A stretch of 64,000 nt of DNA from Camelus ferus (taxonomy: Eukaryota), in the NCBI RefSeq assembly GCF_009834535.1, contig NC_045696.1, forward strand, positions 96,784,001-96,848,000. Reading direction: 5' to 3'. The notes beneath the pieces were generated by a model, which ran no database searches, was not told where the DNA came from, and saw nothing but the letters and a program-made list of their open reading frames with translations. The position numbers and the translations under genes were made by a program. Every line of letters starts with the position of its first letter. Positions within the stretch are counted from its first letter, which is position 1. Positions 23,346-36,680 of the stretch are shown in pieces.

Positions 23346-25549
23346 AAGCACAAGGCCTGGGGGTGGAGGCGCACCCAGCGTCCTGTCTCAGTGAGACATG
23401 GTGCTCCTCCACCCCCAGTCCTGTGGGGTGCATACACTGAATTTGGTCTGTTTTAGAAAACACTCAGGATCATAAAAGAATCATAGTTTACATCAACAAA
23501 TAATTCTTCACTGGTTTACTCAAAATATCTTGACTTTAGGATATCATTATTAACTTTTATGTTTTAAAATTGTTTTTCATCCTTCTTTCTGTTGTTTTAT
23601 ATTTTTCCTTAATTAAAAAATCCTCTTGCTGCTGTTGATTTTACATTCACTCTTTTCATCATATTTGAGACTGACAATCAACGGCTCCTTTGGTTATAAT
23701 TGTCTCTTCCCCTTTTCTCTATTTGAAAATGAATAAATACTTTTATCTTATCTAGCTTGTACATGAAATTCCACACATAATTAATTAGTCCCCTCCTGCA
23801 GGTATTTTTTAAAAGTTTTAATCATAATGAAAATATTAGTGGCTTCATTTCTATAAGCCATTCACTCTAAGTAGTTGATTATAAAACTGAATTCTTAAGG
23901 CATATGCCATTAACCCTATCGATAAGAAACAACACAGCAAAGATTACACACAACAAGATCGACAGCCTTGTAGGGCAAGGTTTTTATCTGTTTGTTCTTT
24001 TGTAAATAAAATTTCCTCAGCCACTTTATTCCAATTTTTTTCTCGGCCTTTAGATTTCTGGGTTTTCTTTTTGGCCACTAGAGGTCCACCACCCCTATCT
24101 TGAGAACATGCCCGCCTTTGTTAGAGTTCTGCTGTTTGAGGCTTGCCTGAACATGTCCAGCATTTCATGCATCTTTTCATGCGCTGATTCATTAATTCAC
24201 TCAGCATCTGTTCATCACTGCTCTGATGCTACTTTCAAAGGAGGAGAGAGTTGTGAATTCCTCATGTCTGCCTCTTTCCTGTCCATCCTGTCTACACAAG
24301 ACTCTGCCTCCTACCTCCCAGGGTCCTTAATCTATCAGACATCTCCTATCCTCTCTCTTCCTTCTCTCTTCTCTGTTCTCCGCTCATCATCATGTTAACT
24401 TGCTAATAAGGCTTCCATCCTAAAACCCTTCTTCACCCTGGTTTCTTCTGGCCACTCTTCAAAGTCTTACCACCCATTCGCTGATGGTTCTTACAGGGTC
24501 CTTAGTGTTTCCTCTGTCACCTCCCAGTGCTTCTCCACTTGGACTCCATTGAAACCGCCCTAACGAAACACTGACATCCTTGATGCTTCCTCTCTCTCTC
24601 CTCATACAGAGTGATTACTGAGTCCTGAGGCCCCACCTCTTCAATAGTTCCAGAATCTGGTTGCTTTCCTCAGGCTCTAGTTGGTTCTTATCTGAATTAC
24701 ACCTACAACCTCCAACTGGACACATGGCATTAGTTTTGTTCCCGTCCAACATTCTCTACCCTCCCACCAGTGATCTTACTAAAAGCACATCTAACCATGT
24801 CACCAGCTTGCTAAACTCCTTCCATCATTCCCTGAACCTTCAGATGAAGCCCAAATCCCTAGTAATCTCTGGGTTTGCTGAAAGCAAAAGTGACAATTTC
24901 AAATATGTGAGATCTATTACTTCTAACCATAAAAAAAAAAAAAAAATTCAAGAGAAGAACAGTACAGGTATCATTAGGGGACAATACTTCTTCCCCACCT
25001 GATGTTTTCTTCCGTATGAAGAGATATTTTTTAGGGTAACACTTCTGGCCTCTCCATCCTCTCACCACACATTTCTCTACTGTATCCCATCAACTGCTCC
25101 ACTTCTCACTCACCTCCAAGAAGGAAAACATGTTATTTGTGAATTTGGAAGGAGAAACTGCACGACTAGCCCAGCTCCTTCCTCTTTCCTTATTCTGGGG
25201 AGTGGGAATTCTCTGCTTCCCTGGGAACTCATTCCTCTCCTGTTCAGAGAGATTTGCTGTGGTCCAGTGCTGCTTTGCAGATACATGTGTCTAATTTGGG
25301 GATTCAGTCCTAGGTAACTGATTTGCCTACAGAAATAAGCATGTCCTTTCACTGGTCCTTTCAATAATGTGATATTTTGTCCTCTTTCTGCTGAAACTTA
25401 GCTTTATTTATCAATTAGACCTAGACCAGGCAGGGGGAACTATTTATTGGTGCCCCCTTGAAGATACCAACACATTTCAGCAGAAGGTAGTAGCCCATGT
25501 TATGGTGACCAAAGCACTCTTTTCTACCACTGTCATAAAATAGCAGTGG

Positions 25550-26990
25550 ATTCATTCATTCATTAACAAATATCTGTTGAACGTCTATAATGTGCTAGGT
25601 CCTGAGGATACATCAGTGAACAAAACAGTCAAATCCCTTTCTTCATGAAGTTCATATTCTAATGGAAGAGGAAAAGGAAGATACAAAAATAATATGTATA
25701 GAGTTTCCTTAAAAACTAAAAATAGATTTACCATGTGATCCAGAAATCCCACTCCTGGGCATATATCCAGAGAAAACTCTAATCCAAAAAGACACTTGCA
25801 CCCCAATGTTCATAGCAGCACTATTTACAATAGCCAAGATATGGAAGCAACCTAAGTGTCCATCAACAGATGAATGGATAAAGAAAATGTGATGTATCTC
25901 ATAGATATGTAATGGAATACTACTCAGCCATAAAAGTAATGAAATAATATCATTTGCAGCAAGATGGATGGACCGAGAGATTATCACACTAAGTGAAGTA
26001 AGTCAAAGAAAGACAAACATCATATGATACCACTTAAATGTGGACTCTAAAAAAATGACAAAAATGAACTTATTTACAAAATGGAAAGAGACTCATGGAT
26101 ATAGGAGACAAACTTATGGTTACTAGGGGGCACAGAGAAGAGGGAGGGATAATTTGGGAGTTTGGGATTGGCTGATAAAAACTATGTAAAGAATAAACAA
26201 CAAGGTCTTACTGCATAGAACAAAGAACTATGTTCAATGGCTTGTAGTAACCTGTAATGAAACAGAATATATATTTTATATCTGTATCTATATCTAGATA
26301 TATCTAATTGCTATGCTGTACACCAGAAACTAATACGACATTGCAAAGCAAAAATATATATAGAAAAAATAAAATTAACAATAAAAAAAAAAGTAAATGG
26401 GAAAAAACATGTTAAAGGGATGGAGAGTAGAATAAGATGGGGGGTAAAGGGCAGCCTCATTGAGAACATAACGTGAAACATTTGCAAAGAATTGAAAAAA
26501 ATGAGAGGGTAGACAATGGAGATATTTGGGGAAAAGGAGACAACTCCGAGGCAGGAAGCGTGAAGAGGCCAGTGAGGCTGGAGAAGAGGGATTGGAGGAA
26601 AGGAAAGGGGGCAATTCATGGGATACCAGGTCAAAGAGGTGATGGGGAGAGGGAAGCAGTTTCTGTAGAATATGAAGGCTGTGATAGTGCTTTATGCTTT
26701 CACTCAGAGTGATGTGGGCTATCACTGAAAGATTTAAGCTGAGGAACAACATTACATGACTCATGTTTTCAAGGGATTTCTCTTGCTACTGTGTTGAGAC
26801 CGAACCTAGAGGGAGCAGTAGTAACAGGGAAATCAGTTAGGAGATTATGGCAACAATTCAAGTGAGAGGGGTTGGTGTCCTGGAAGAGTGGGGGCAGAAT
26901 GGTAACAGGTTGTCAGATGCTGGATATATTTTACAGATTGAGCCAAGAGGAATTCCCGATGAATTGGCAGTTGGATATAACAGTTGGATA
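25550..26990 (-). mobile_element. L2 element split by an L1 insertion
   Basis: Starts ttcattcattcattaacaaatatctgttga (L2 3' tail); L2 resumes at about 26395. Confidence 0.75.
25700..26392 (+). mobile_element. 5'-truncated L1 3' end
   Basis: End of ORF2 and 3' UTR, ending aataaaaaaaaaaa. Confidence 0.85.
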
Positions 26991-28620
26991 TGACAGTCTG
27001 TGCTATTAACTACTTTCCAGGGTAACTGCCCCCTTCAGAAACCATGATTAAGCCTCATAAAGTCCATCAGTGATCCCTGCCTCTGTAGGGATCACATCTC
27101 AATCATTTAAGTAGAGCTTTTGCAATTCAAGTTACTGCCAATGTAATTGGGAAGTGAATTCTGGTCCAGAAGGACTCACTTCGACATACCACTTGGTAGA
27201 GAAATTTAAATTCTTGCTCTACTGGTATCAGTAAACACTTTTAGAATATGCTGTGTATATAAATACATAAAACATATAGCTTTAATGAGAAAATGTATTA
27301 ATAAATCAATATCCAGCCTCATATCCATAGTAACTGCTAAATGAGTATCTCCTGTGTACCACACTAAGAGTCTACTAAAAGGAGACAATGCATCTGATAT
27401 TTTGTGAAATTCTGTTCAATTTAAATCTTTATACATTTTTCAAGAGTACTGGGAAAATGCATCATCCATCTTCTTTTTACAGCTTTTACTTAAAAGACCA
27501 AATGAAGATCCAGCCACTAAATAGGAACATATCAAAAGACTGTTTTATTAATTTTTCAATTTATAGGCAATTTAAATAAAGAATGACTTGAACTCAACTC
27601 AGGAATGACAATTCCAACAAGATTATGAACTAAAATTCCATAGACATTTCTTGAAAGACTACTACTTGTTTGTACTCTTCTATCTAAGGTAAAGTTGTAA
27701 AACTATCAATTTCCAAGGTAAGCAATAAAATGTTTTAGTCATCTATATTTTCATTCATTATTATTCAAATGTAACCAAGGTGAGTCAAAAAGTACCCTTG
27801 TCCTCAAAGTATTACCAGGAACATTTGTTGGGAACAAAAGGAAAATGCTAATGTTTACTTGCTATTTGAATAAAGTTATAAAAATTAGAACATGAAGGAA
27901 AATGACCTATAGTCACAAATGTGGATAAATAGTGTAATCTCTCCTCCCATTGACAGTTGCCATCCATGCCAACTCCACACGTCATTTCCTTTTATCTGTT
28001 ACTCTCCTGTGTTTGAAGAAACATCCAAGCATCATAGCATAAATGACCTTCACTCCTACCTCTAGAGGCAAAGGTAACAAAGTGGATGTCAGCGTCTCCC
28101 TAGATCAACAGGAAGAATATCAAGGATCCGTTTTTACAACATAGTAATCTGGGGTTTTTTTCCACTGCCTTCTGTAACAAAACAGGGAAATGAGGTTTTA
28201 AAAAAATCAATGTTCAACGTAAACAAATCATCAGGGCTCCACCTGGCTCCATAGTGTTCTCTGTTTACTTTACAGATGTAACCTTTCCAGGCATTGGCCA
28301 ATTCCGGTGTGACAAATAAAATTATCTTTAAAATTGGAGTATGACGTCACCACAAACATAGTATGATGGAAACAAAGACATAGCCAGTGCCCATTTATTC
28401 AGAATGACAGGAAACTGAATAACTGGATAGTCTTATTAAGTAAGAATTATTGTACATAAACCACCAATTTCCCAAGAAATAGAGTAAAAGCAGAAGATAT
28501 TTAAACCATAGTACATACAAATTAACCCATTTGGTTCACAGCAGTTACTATGCTATGCTATGCTAGTAATTCTGAATAACAACTTAGGCTTAGATACTAG
28601 GTTGAATCAATGCTAGCTTT

Positions 28621-29223
28621 TTTTTTAATTGAAGTAGTCAGTTTCAATGTATCAATTTCTGGTGTACAGTAAAATGTTTTAGTCATACATATACATACAT
28701 ATATTCATTTTCATATTTTTTTCACTATAGGTTACTATAAGGTATTGAATATAGTTCTCTGTGCTACACAGAAGAAATTTATTTTTTATCTATTTTATGT
28801 ATAGTAGTTAATATTTGAAAATCTCAAACTTCCAACTTATCCCTTCTCACCTGCTTTCCCTGGTAACCATAAGTTTGTTTCCTATGTGTATGAGTCTGTT
28901 TCTGTTTTGCAGATAAGTTCATTAATGTCGTTGCCATCTTTTTTTTTTTTTGATTCCATACATGAGTGATATCATACGGTATTTTTCTTTCTCTTTCTGG
29001 CTTACTTTACTTAAAATGATGATCTCCAGATCTATCCATGTTGCTGCAAATGGCATTATTTTACTCTTTTTATGGGTGAGTAGTATTCCATTGTATAAAC
29101 TAATTTGATAAGACACATGCACCCCAATGTTCATAGCAGCACTATTTACAATAGCCAAGACATGAAAACAACGTAAATGTCCGTTAACAGACGACTGGAT
29201 AAAGAAGCTGTGGTATATTTATA
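28621..29223 (-). mobile_element. Twin-primed (5'-inverted) L1 insertion
   Basis: 13-bp TSD CAATGCTAGCTTT (28608-28620 and 29224-29236); antisense to 29099, sense 29100-29223. Confidence 0.88.
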
Positions 29224-30019
29224 CAATGCTAGCTTTCTAATTTGACCTGAAAGTTGTTAATTTCAACAAATTTCTATCACATGAATACAATATTTGTCTT
29301 TCTTATAGATGTATACAAATGTACATCTTTATAACTTCTGTAATTTGAGATTTTTAAAATATTTTATTTGGGAGAAAGAGGAAGAAAGGGGAGAAAATGA
29401 CTAGGGTAATCCTCACATAAGAATAATAGAGAAAAAGGCACATTTTTTTCTACATTACTTCTAATCATACAGTTTTGTCTCATAGCTTAAAATATTTTAA
29501 AATTCTGGTTGAATTTGCAAAAAATTATTTAGCTGTATACCCTTGTCCTATACTTGCTTTTATATTGTAGCAAGAGTAAACCTTCTAGTCAGAAAGATGG
29601 AATTCGGAGCATAATAAATTTGAATACAAAATATCCTCGAAATACCTTACCTTGCTTTGGATACTGATTAGGAAACAGCTATGCTTTTCAAATCCAAAGA
29701 TCAATCTTACTCTTATTTTGTGCATATTAAAGTTTCAAATTCTGTATTCAGCATAGAACTGTATTTTGATAGCAACCAAAAGCTCTCTGCTCCTCTGAAA
29801 TTGTACTAGCCTCCTAAGAAATGAAAACATCTTCAGTTTTTGTTAACTTTGAAAGGTCTATAGCTTCCCAGGAATGCAGGCATTTTACGGCCCAGCAGAT
29901 CCCAGCTAATTCTAGCAGGAAGGAAAAGTCCGAGATTCAGGTGCCCAAAGCATCCCTGCCCACGAGGCATCTGAGGCATGAACACGGGGGAGATGCAGCG
30001 TGAGGCTGCAGTGGACACT

Positions 30020-30455
30020 CACCTTCCTGCTCCCTGCTGATCCTCCTTCCCAGCATTCACCGTCTTCTGATTGCAATGCTGCTAACAGCTGAACCTGTGA
30101 CTTTCAGAGGCTCCCCCTTGTGTACTGGAGTTACCTTGCTTGCAAGTACCTGGTAGGTTAGGTCCCCACATACACAGACTGCCAGGTCTACTGTAGCCAA
30201 TGGCTGATTCCTAGGTGGGAACAAAATCCCCCACTGCATTCCCCTGAGATGAGACAGCCTCATAAAGATAATTCATACTGCAGAGCTACAAGTTGGACCA
30301 GGCTGAGTCTGAAGCTACACCTGAAACCACACCATTGCTTGGCTGCTTCTCCTCCACCTGCTCACTTGTTTCTCCAGGCAGCCCTCCTTTCTAAATCACT
30401 TGCACCTGAATCCTTAACTAAACGTCCCACTTCAGAGGGCACTTGATCTACAACA
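30020..30455 (+). mobile_element. LTR16-like ERVL solo LTR
   Basis: 3' end taaatcacttgcacctgaatcc...cttcagagggcacttgatctacaaca resembles LTR16; 5' boundary is uncertain. Confidence 0.6.
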
Positions 30456-32199
30456 GAGACAAAGCTCATTATTCAAGAGTCACAACTACAGCATTTTAGC
30501 TCAGGCAAATAGGTATCCAAGTTAGAAAGTCGATGCAGAAATAGGGGATTGGGGCAGGTGACATTCAGATGAGGATCTGGGGCTGAAAGGCAGCATCAGG
30601 GAATTCTAATGGCCACTATCAAAAAGGATTGCTATTCAGGGGCAGAACTCAGTTCTTTTGGAGGAGAATGGGACTTTGGCAAATTATAAGAATGGAGAAA
30701 CAGGAAGAGGAACCAAAACAGAGGTTAGTTACATACAATGTGGCAAATATTTTAATTTTTTCATGCCTTTTTTTTTTTTGTCCTTCCACCTGGAATACCT
30801 ACTCCCAATCTGCCCATATTTCCTTCTGCTAAATCTGAAAATTTGAATTAGTCTTTGAAAGCACAGTGCTGATGTCTCCTCCTCTATAAAGCCTTTCCAA
30901 TGCCATAACACAGGCATATTCACCCTTTCCTCTCTGCCACCTCTATAATGGGTACATAACTGGGTGCAATTGTCACCTAATATTATTATTCATGTTTCAT
31001 TTTTCTCCCTTTATAGATTGTGACAGCTGTCTTATTCATCATTTTATCCCTAGAACCTGTCATGATGTCGAACGCACCTAGTGTGAATTGACAGGAATAG
31101 CTCCCAGAACAATGAAAAATCCCAATTACATGACTGGGGAAAAGCACAAAAATAGATGGGAGCTGCTCACATAGATCCCACCAAAGCTGGGCTGGCAAAT
31201 CGGATCCAGGCAAGTAGTCGAGAAGTAAGAGGCACACCTGAGGGGTTGGGAAAGGCGGTAGCTATCATGGGGCAAAGAGCCAGACTGGGTTGGAGAAGCA
31301 TTTATTTCTAGGTTCATGCCTTTCATACCCCCAAACTGGTGAATTACATAAATACCTTATTTTGTTTTGCTGCACATGAAAGACCAAATTTCTTTACACG
31401 ACATTAAAAAAGTAACTATTAAGATCCTATCAAGTAAACAGTTATTTTTTTTTCCCTTCCCTCTTCTACAATCTGGTGTTATTATGATTGTCTAATGGTT
31501 GAAGAAATGAAGTTTAAATCCTATTTGCTACCCAGTTAAAGAATTTATTAAAGAAATTCATTCCAATTACCACCTTAAATGATGATTTTATCTGTGCATT
31601 TTGTTCAGGACTTTTTCCCTATAACTTTAGAAGATAGATGGCTGTCGGTTTTGAGAATCCTATCAGTGTTTTGGTACCCTAATTCACACGATTATAGCTA
31701 GCTTATCAACTTACTGTATAAAGTAAACCCCATTGACTACACTTTATCTATTCCCTGGTTCAACAAGTGTGGAAACAAAAATGATGCTTGTTCACTCAGA
31801 CTTCTGTTTTACAAACTCACAGCATTTAGGAAAGATGGTATCATAAGATTTCAACAGCTAACTTTATGGTGTAACTGTCAATTCAAAAAAACACACTTAG
31901 TTTTCCTTTTTCTCACTGTCATGATTCCCCTTCTTAGCACTGCAACTTCTCAATGTCAAGTGGAGTAAAGATAAATATTATACAACACGTAGACTGACTC
32001 TCACTGACTTCAAAATGGTTCATCTTGAAGTACTTGAAGATTGAATTGCATTCTGAGAGGACAACCTTATCCAATGTGTGTTTTAACCCATTACCCTCAT
32101 TTCTTGCAGCCAAAAGGGAGTCCTGCTATCTTTCATCCTGAATAGGTTCCATCCTCTCTTTCATATTTGGAAAGTGCCAGTGAACTGGAATCTTCCAAC

Positions 32200-32840
32200 G
32201 GTGGTAGCTTCAGTTCACCCCAAACACTCACACCATGTCCAAATTTGTTGATCCCTCTCTCCTCAGTGTCCTAGTATTCAGTCTTCCTCTCCTCCACCAT
32301 ACTGAATTCATTAGTTCAGTATTTATTGTCTGAATTTGGAGCTATTCCCATAGGCTTCTTACCAAATTTCTCACCTGTCGCCTACTCCTGATACAGCCAC
32401 CAAACTTCTCTTCCTAAAACACGAATTGTATCACATTATATCCTCTGGGAAACTTTCAGTGCTTCCCGCTCACTTTTTGTCAGAGTCAGCATGTTGCCAC
32501 CTTTCTTGGTAGTTCAAGATATTACTTTCCCTAAGTGCTGCCCTCACAGTAGACTGTTTGCCAGCCAGTGGCGAGCATTGCCTTCTACCCTCTTTGGCTT
32601 TATTTACTCCCACAGCCTATAATACCCTTTCTCCCAATCAGATTCCTATTTATCCCTCAGTGCCATTCTCACATGCCATATTCTCCATTAAACACTTTCC
32701 TTTGAGTTTTCTAATCAGAATTTACCACACATTTCATAGGCATCCTAAATTGTAAAGACTGTGTCTTAATCAAGTTTGTCTTGATTGTCCAATACTGAAA
32801 ACAGTATCTAGCCTATAAAGCATGTTCAATTAATGTTTCT
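32200..32840 (+). mobile_element. L2 fragments
   Basis: Pyrimidine-rich L2 body ending acagtatctagcctataaagcatgttcaattaatgttt. Confidence 0.6.
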
Positions 32841-33190
32841 TTAATTAAAGAATTTTCTGTATTTTCTGTCTTGGAATGTTACAAGACCCAACTCAGTCTC
32901 AGTCTGACATCCTATAAATCTAAACTTTACTGCTAGAATCACTTAGGTTAAGACTTAAATGAGCTTGTCCTTCTAATTATTAAAATGTTTCAATGACCCT
33001 CTGTCATTCATTCAAGCAGTTCGGTAAATATTCTTGGAGGACCTAGTATACAATAGGCACTGGAAATAAAAGTATAAGCACAAGACATCCTCCTGGTCTT
33101 CGCGGATAGTCTAGAGCAAGATCTACTTAAATCACACCCCCTTGCACACACAAAGGGCAAATGATCCTAACCACTTAGAAGAAAGTGCAA

Positions 33191-33379
33191 AGTAAACAAC
33201 AAGGTTCTACTGTATAGCACAGGGAACTATACTCAATATCTTTGTAATAACCTATAATAAAAAAGAACATGAAAAGAAATACATGGATATGGATAACCGA
33301 ATCACTAAGCTATACACCAGAAATTAACACAACATTGTAAACCAACTATGCCTCAATAAAAAAAAATTTATTTTTTTAA
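33191..33379 (+). mobile_element. Very short L1 3' end
   Basis: 14-bp TSD AGAAGAAAGTGCAA (33177-33190 and 33380-33393), TT/AGAA site. Confidence 0.88.
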
Positions 33380-34074
33380 AGAAGAAAGTGCAAGATGTAT
33401 GAAAGGGAACAACAAAAAGTCTGGACCTATTTTATTTGCCTTTTGGTCTCCAAAGACTGAAAAATTACCAGAGTTACCACCAAAGCGTATTACATGTATA
33501 TTGAACCAGATAGGATTTTCCCTGCCTTGCTGTTACACAGCATCAAACAAATGTCAGGGAAACTGTCAAGAGGCCTACTCATCTTACTCAGTTTATCATT
33601 TTAGTTCATTAGAGATGAAAAGTTTTCAACACTGCTCATACAGATATGGGTAAATACATCTTCTATGCAAAAAGTCCTTATGCTTTTACAAGAATCCCAA
33701 ATTTAAATTTAAATACATGTGGAAAATGATGGAAATGTGAAAAATGTGGAAACAAGTAGAACAGAGATAAATGACAAGAAGCTAGAAACAGAATAATAAA
33801 AATGAGCAGAGAGAAATAGAAGTAAAATTATAAAAAAAGAGGAAACTTGGAGTGGACACCCAGAGAAGTTTCTTCTGCTCATCTCCACGCACATTCAAAT
33901 CTTCACCCAGTAGCTGGCTTTCCTGTTCCTCTGTCCAATGAAGAGTTAAACTGAATTTCATGTTATGAAATTGTTAAAACAGACATGATTTTTTTTTATG
34001 GCTACAGATACCATAACCATGTCTTCATTTTTTTTCTTTAAAAGATCAGGTACATATTTGTGTCTTATTGAAAT

Positions 34075-34235
34075 TTTTCATGGGCCATATAATCACTATT
34101 GGAACTATTCATGTCCACTGTGTTGTGTGAAAGGAGCCACAGACAATACGTAAACAGATGGGTGTGTCTGTGTTCTAACAAAACTTTATTTACAAAAACA
34201 AACATCCAATCTATGAGCTGTAATCCACCAACCCC
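34075..34235. mobile_element. MER58A-like hAT MITE
   Basis: gccacagacaatacgtaaacagatgggtgtgtctgtgttctaacaaaactttatttacaaaaaca. Confidence 0.75.
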
Positions 34236-35772
34236 CATCTTAGAGGAAAATATACTATTTGAACACACATACATGTCTATGCAAAGTGCCATGTGTATGT
34301 TTGGGTTATATAATGTGTGATTCACATGAATAAGGGTATATATTACTCTAGGGTTCAGTCTTCATTAAGTTATTTATACAATATGAAATATATTTTAAAT
34401 ATATTGTAATCTTCATCTTCCACTTTTTATGAGACAGTATTCGATTCATATATATATATATTAATCTTTGTTTTTTATGATACTCCATTTTTGGTAATCA
34501 ACTGTTCTTTTTATAGTTATTTTTTGAAAGAATACTGCTTTAATCCAAATAGCAAGTTTGAGATATTTGTGTGTGTATTATCTAAGCTAATCACTGTCCC
34601 CCCACTATAATACAACCCTGTAACTTTAACTATGAACGTTAATTTGTAGAAACAGGTGCAGCGACCTAATCCTTCAAATTTACTGTTTTCATCATTGACA
34701 GTTATGCCCTATATGTAGGCCAATAGCTCTTTTTTCCTGTAGGAATGTACCACTGGGTAGTTATTGATGCCCCCTTTCTAGGAGACAACACAGATATTTC
34801 CAGGCGAGTTACTCTAATAGAGAATGTTTTTATGCCTTTTTTTCCAGATAGAAGAGGAAAAATGCACTTAATTGAAGAAAGGCAACGACCGTCCCATTAT
34901 CTTAGGCTCCAGCACTTTTCTCGATTGAGAGTACGATCAGAGCTCAGCAGATGATCCCTTTCCTTTCTTCTGACCAGCTCAGTATGCAGTTTCCACGACT
35001 TAGTTACCTTGGCGCTGTCACCGGGGTACATGGCGGGACCAGAGGCCAAGCAAAGATACTTTAAAGACAGTAACGATGACTGGATATTTACAGAATGAAA
35101 GCCAAAACTGCACACTGCAGAAAAGAGAGAGGGAGTTCTGTTTCCCCACTTACAGAAAGAGGCCCAAAGCCAAATTAATTTCTTCTAAAACTGAGGTTTG
35201 TGTTACCTGGTCATTAAGTCTGAGCTCAGAGAACTGAAGCTGACAGCTAAATTATAGGCAAAAGTCACTGTCAGGTACTGATCTCATAGCCTTTACACAC
35301 CAATCTATGTATGGAGCTATTTTCTGTGTTTGATATATGAATCTGATCCTGCCGGCTCTACCCAGGTGGAACTCCAGATGAAGCCCGAGAAATCAATGGA
35401 GGAATTGTACACAGACAAGATTCAGGAAGGTAGAAAAGCAAGGTGGGGCTTAGGGCCCCTGGAAAGACAGCAGGCTTGAATTGGCCCTTTGATATTACAT
35501 CCATTAAGCCTGACCAGCATGACCGCCAACAATATTCTGGTCCTGGATTTGTAGATTGAGCTATGTCCCCTCTAACCACAAAGTGAGGGAACACAGGCAG
35601 CTTTTTCTTCAGTTATGGCAAATAACTGGTTGATTAAGTTAAATATATACATAAACACAAGAGGAGAGCATGGCCCGGCAATCTCTAAGTTTAGCAATCG
35701 TACTAAATGCATTACCTTTTTTTTCAGTTTTTTAATCTCCTTTCTGCTCACATCCTTAGCAAGACTTAGCAA

Positions 35773-35912
35773 TGCCAGCTAAATTTGAATTTCAGTTAAA
35801 TAATGAATAGTGCTGTGGAAGTATACCCTCTGCTATAGTTGGGACATATATTCATTTTTTTGTCTGAAATTCAAATTTAATTGGGCATCTTGCATTTCAT
35901 CTGGCAGCTCTA
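35773..35912. mobile_element. MER53 palindromic hAT MITE
   Basis: Arms taaatttgaatttcag / ctgaaattcaaattta; terminus atctggcagctcta. Confidence 0.8.
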
Positions 35913-36419
35913 ATTCTTAGTAAAGCATGGAAGATGGAACGGAGTGACACTTCATGTGGGAATATTCATTACTGGATGGATGAATTGGCACTGAGGTTTT
36001 CCACACTATGGTTCATTATAGACCAAATGAGATCAGTTTATTGTTTCTTACATAGACACACATAATTAATTCAGAAAAATTGGGGAAGGCCAGTCTGAAA
36101 TAGTAAAATATTTTAAAGTAAATGATACAATTTAAGGAAAGGAATCTTACAGACTCCAGTCAATTGACAGGCACTCAAAAATATACATATTAAAAGAATT
36201 ATGTGAGATAAATTGTCCATTACTGTATAGTTGACTTGGTTATTTAATTAATTCCAATTGAAGCTAATAAAGTAGTTAGTTTATTCCTTTGAAGAAAACA
36301 GATAATTGTCATTTAAAGCCACTTGAGATGGACAGCAACATAGAAAGTAAGAAATAATAAAAGATTATTAGACAAAGATTAAAGAGAAAAACTCCTCTTG
36401 AAATTAACACAAGATAATA

Positions 36420-36680
36420 ATAATAGATAACACTATTGAACACTTACTATTTTTCATATATTTGGGTTGCACATTTTACCGAGCACTTGATATACATCAG
36501 CTCATTTTGTCTTTTAATCCTCACAATAACCCTATGAGATAGATACCCCTTTGGTCTCTATTTTATAGGTAAGGAAATCAGGGCTTAAGCCTGATTAAGA
36601 AAAGTTACACAGAGGCAGGTCCGAGTCCTTAATCCAGATTTCACTAGTACCATAAAATTCCACACTCTGAGCCATTAAGT
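36420..36680 (-). mobile_element. MIR SINE
   Basis: tttaatcctcacaataaccctatgag...attttataggtaaggaaatcagggc. Confidence 0.75.

Larger units (their letters stand above)
20307..23432 (+). mobile_element. Degenerate, multiply deleted ERV1 (gammaretrovirus-like) provirus: pro, partial RT/RNase H, env tail, PPT, partial LTR
   Basis: Protease LDTRTTYSVL and FLGQDLL (about 20750-21005); RT QYV-DLLIC, GYKVSKSK, QLRAFLGL; WFTDGS near 22550; cagcaggaagtagctaga; PPT AGAGAGGGGAA at 23187-23197. Confidence 0.88.
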
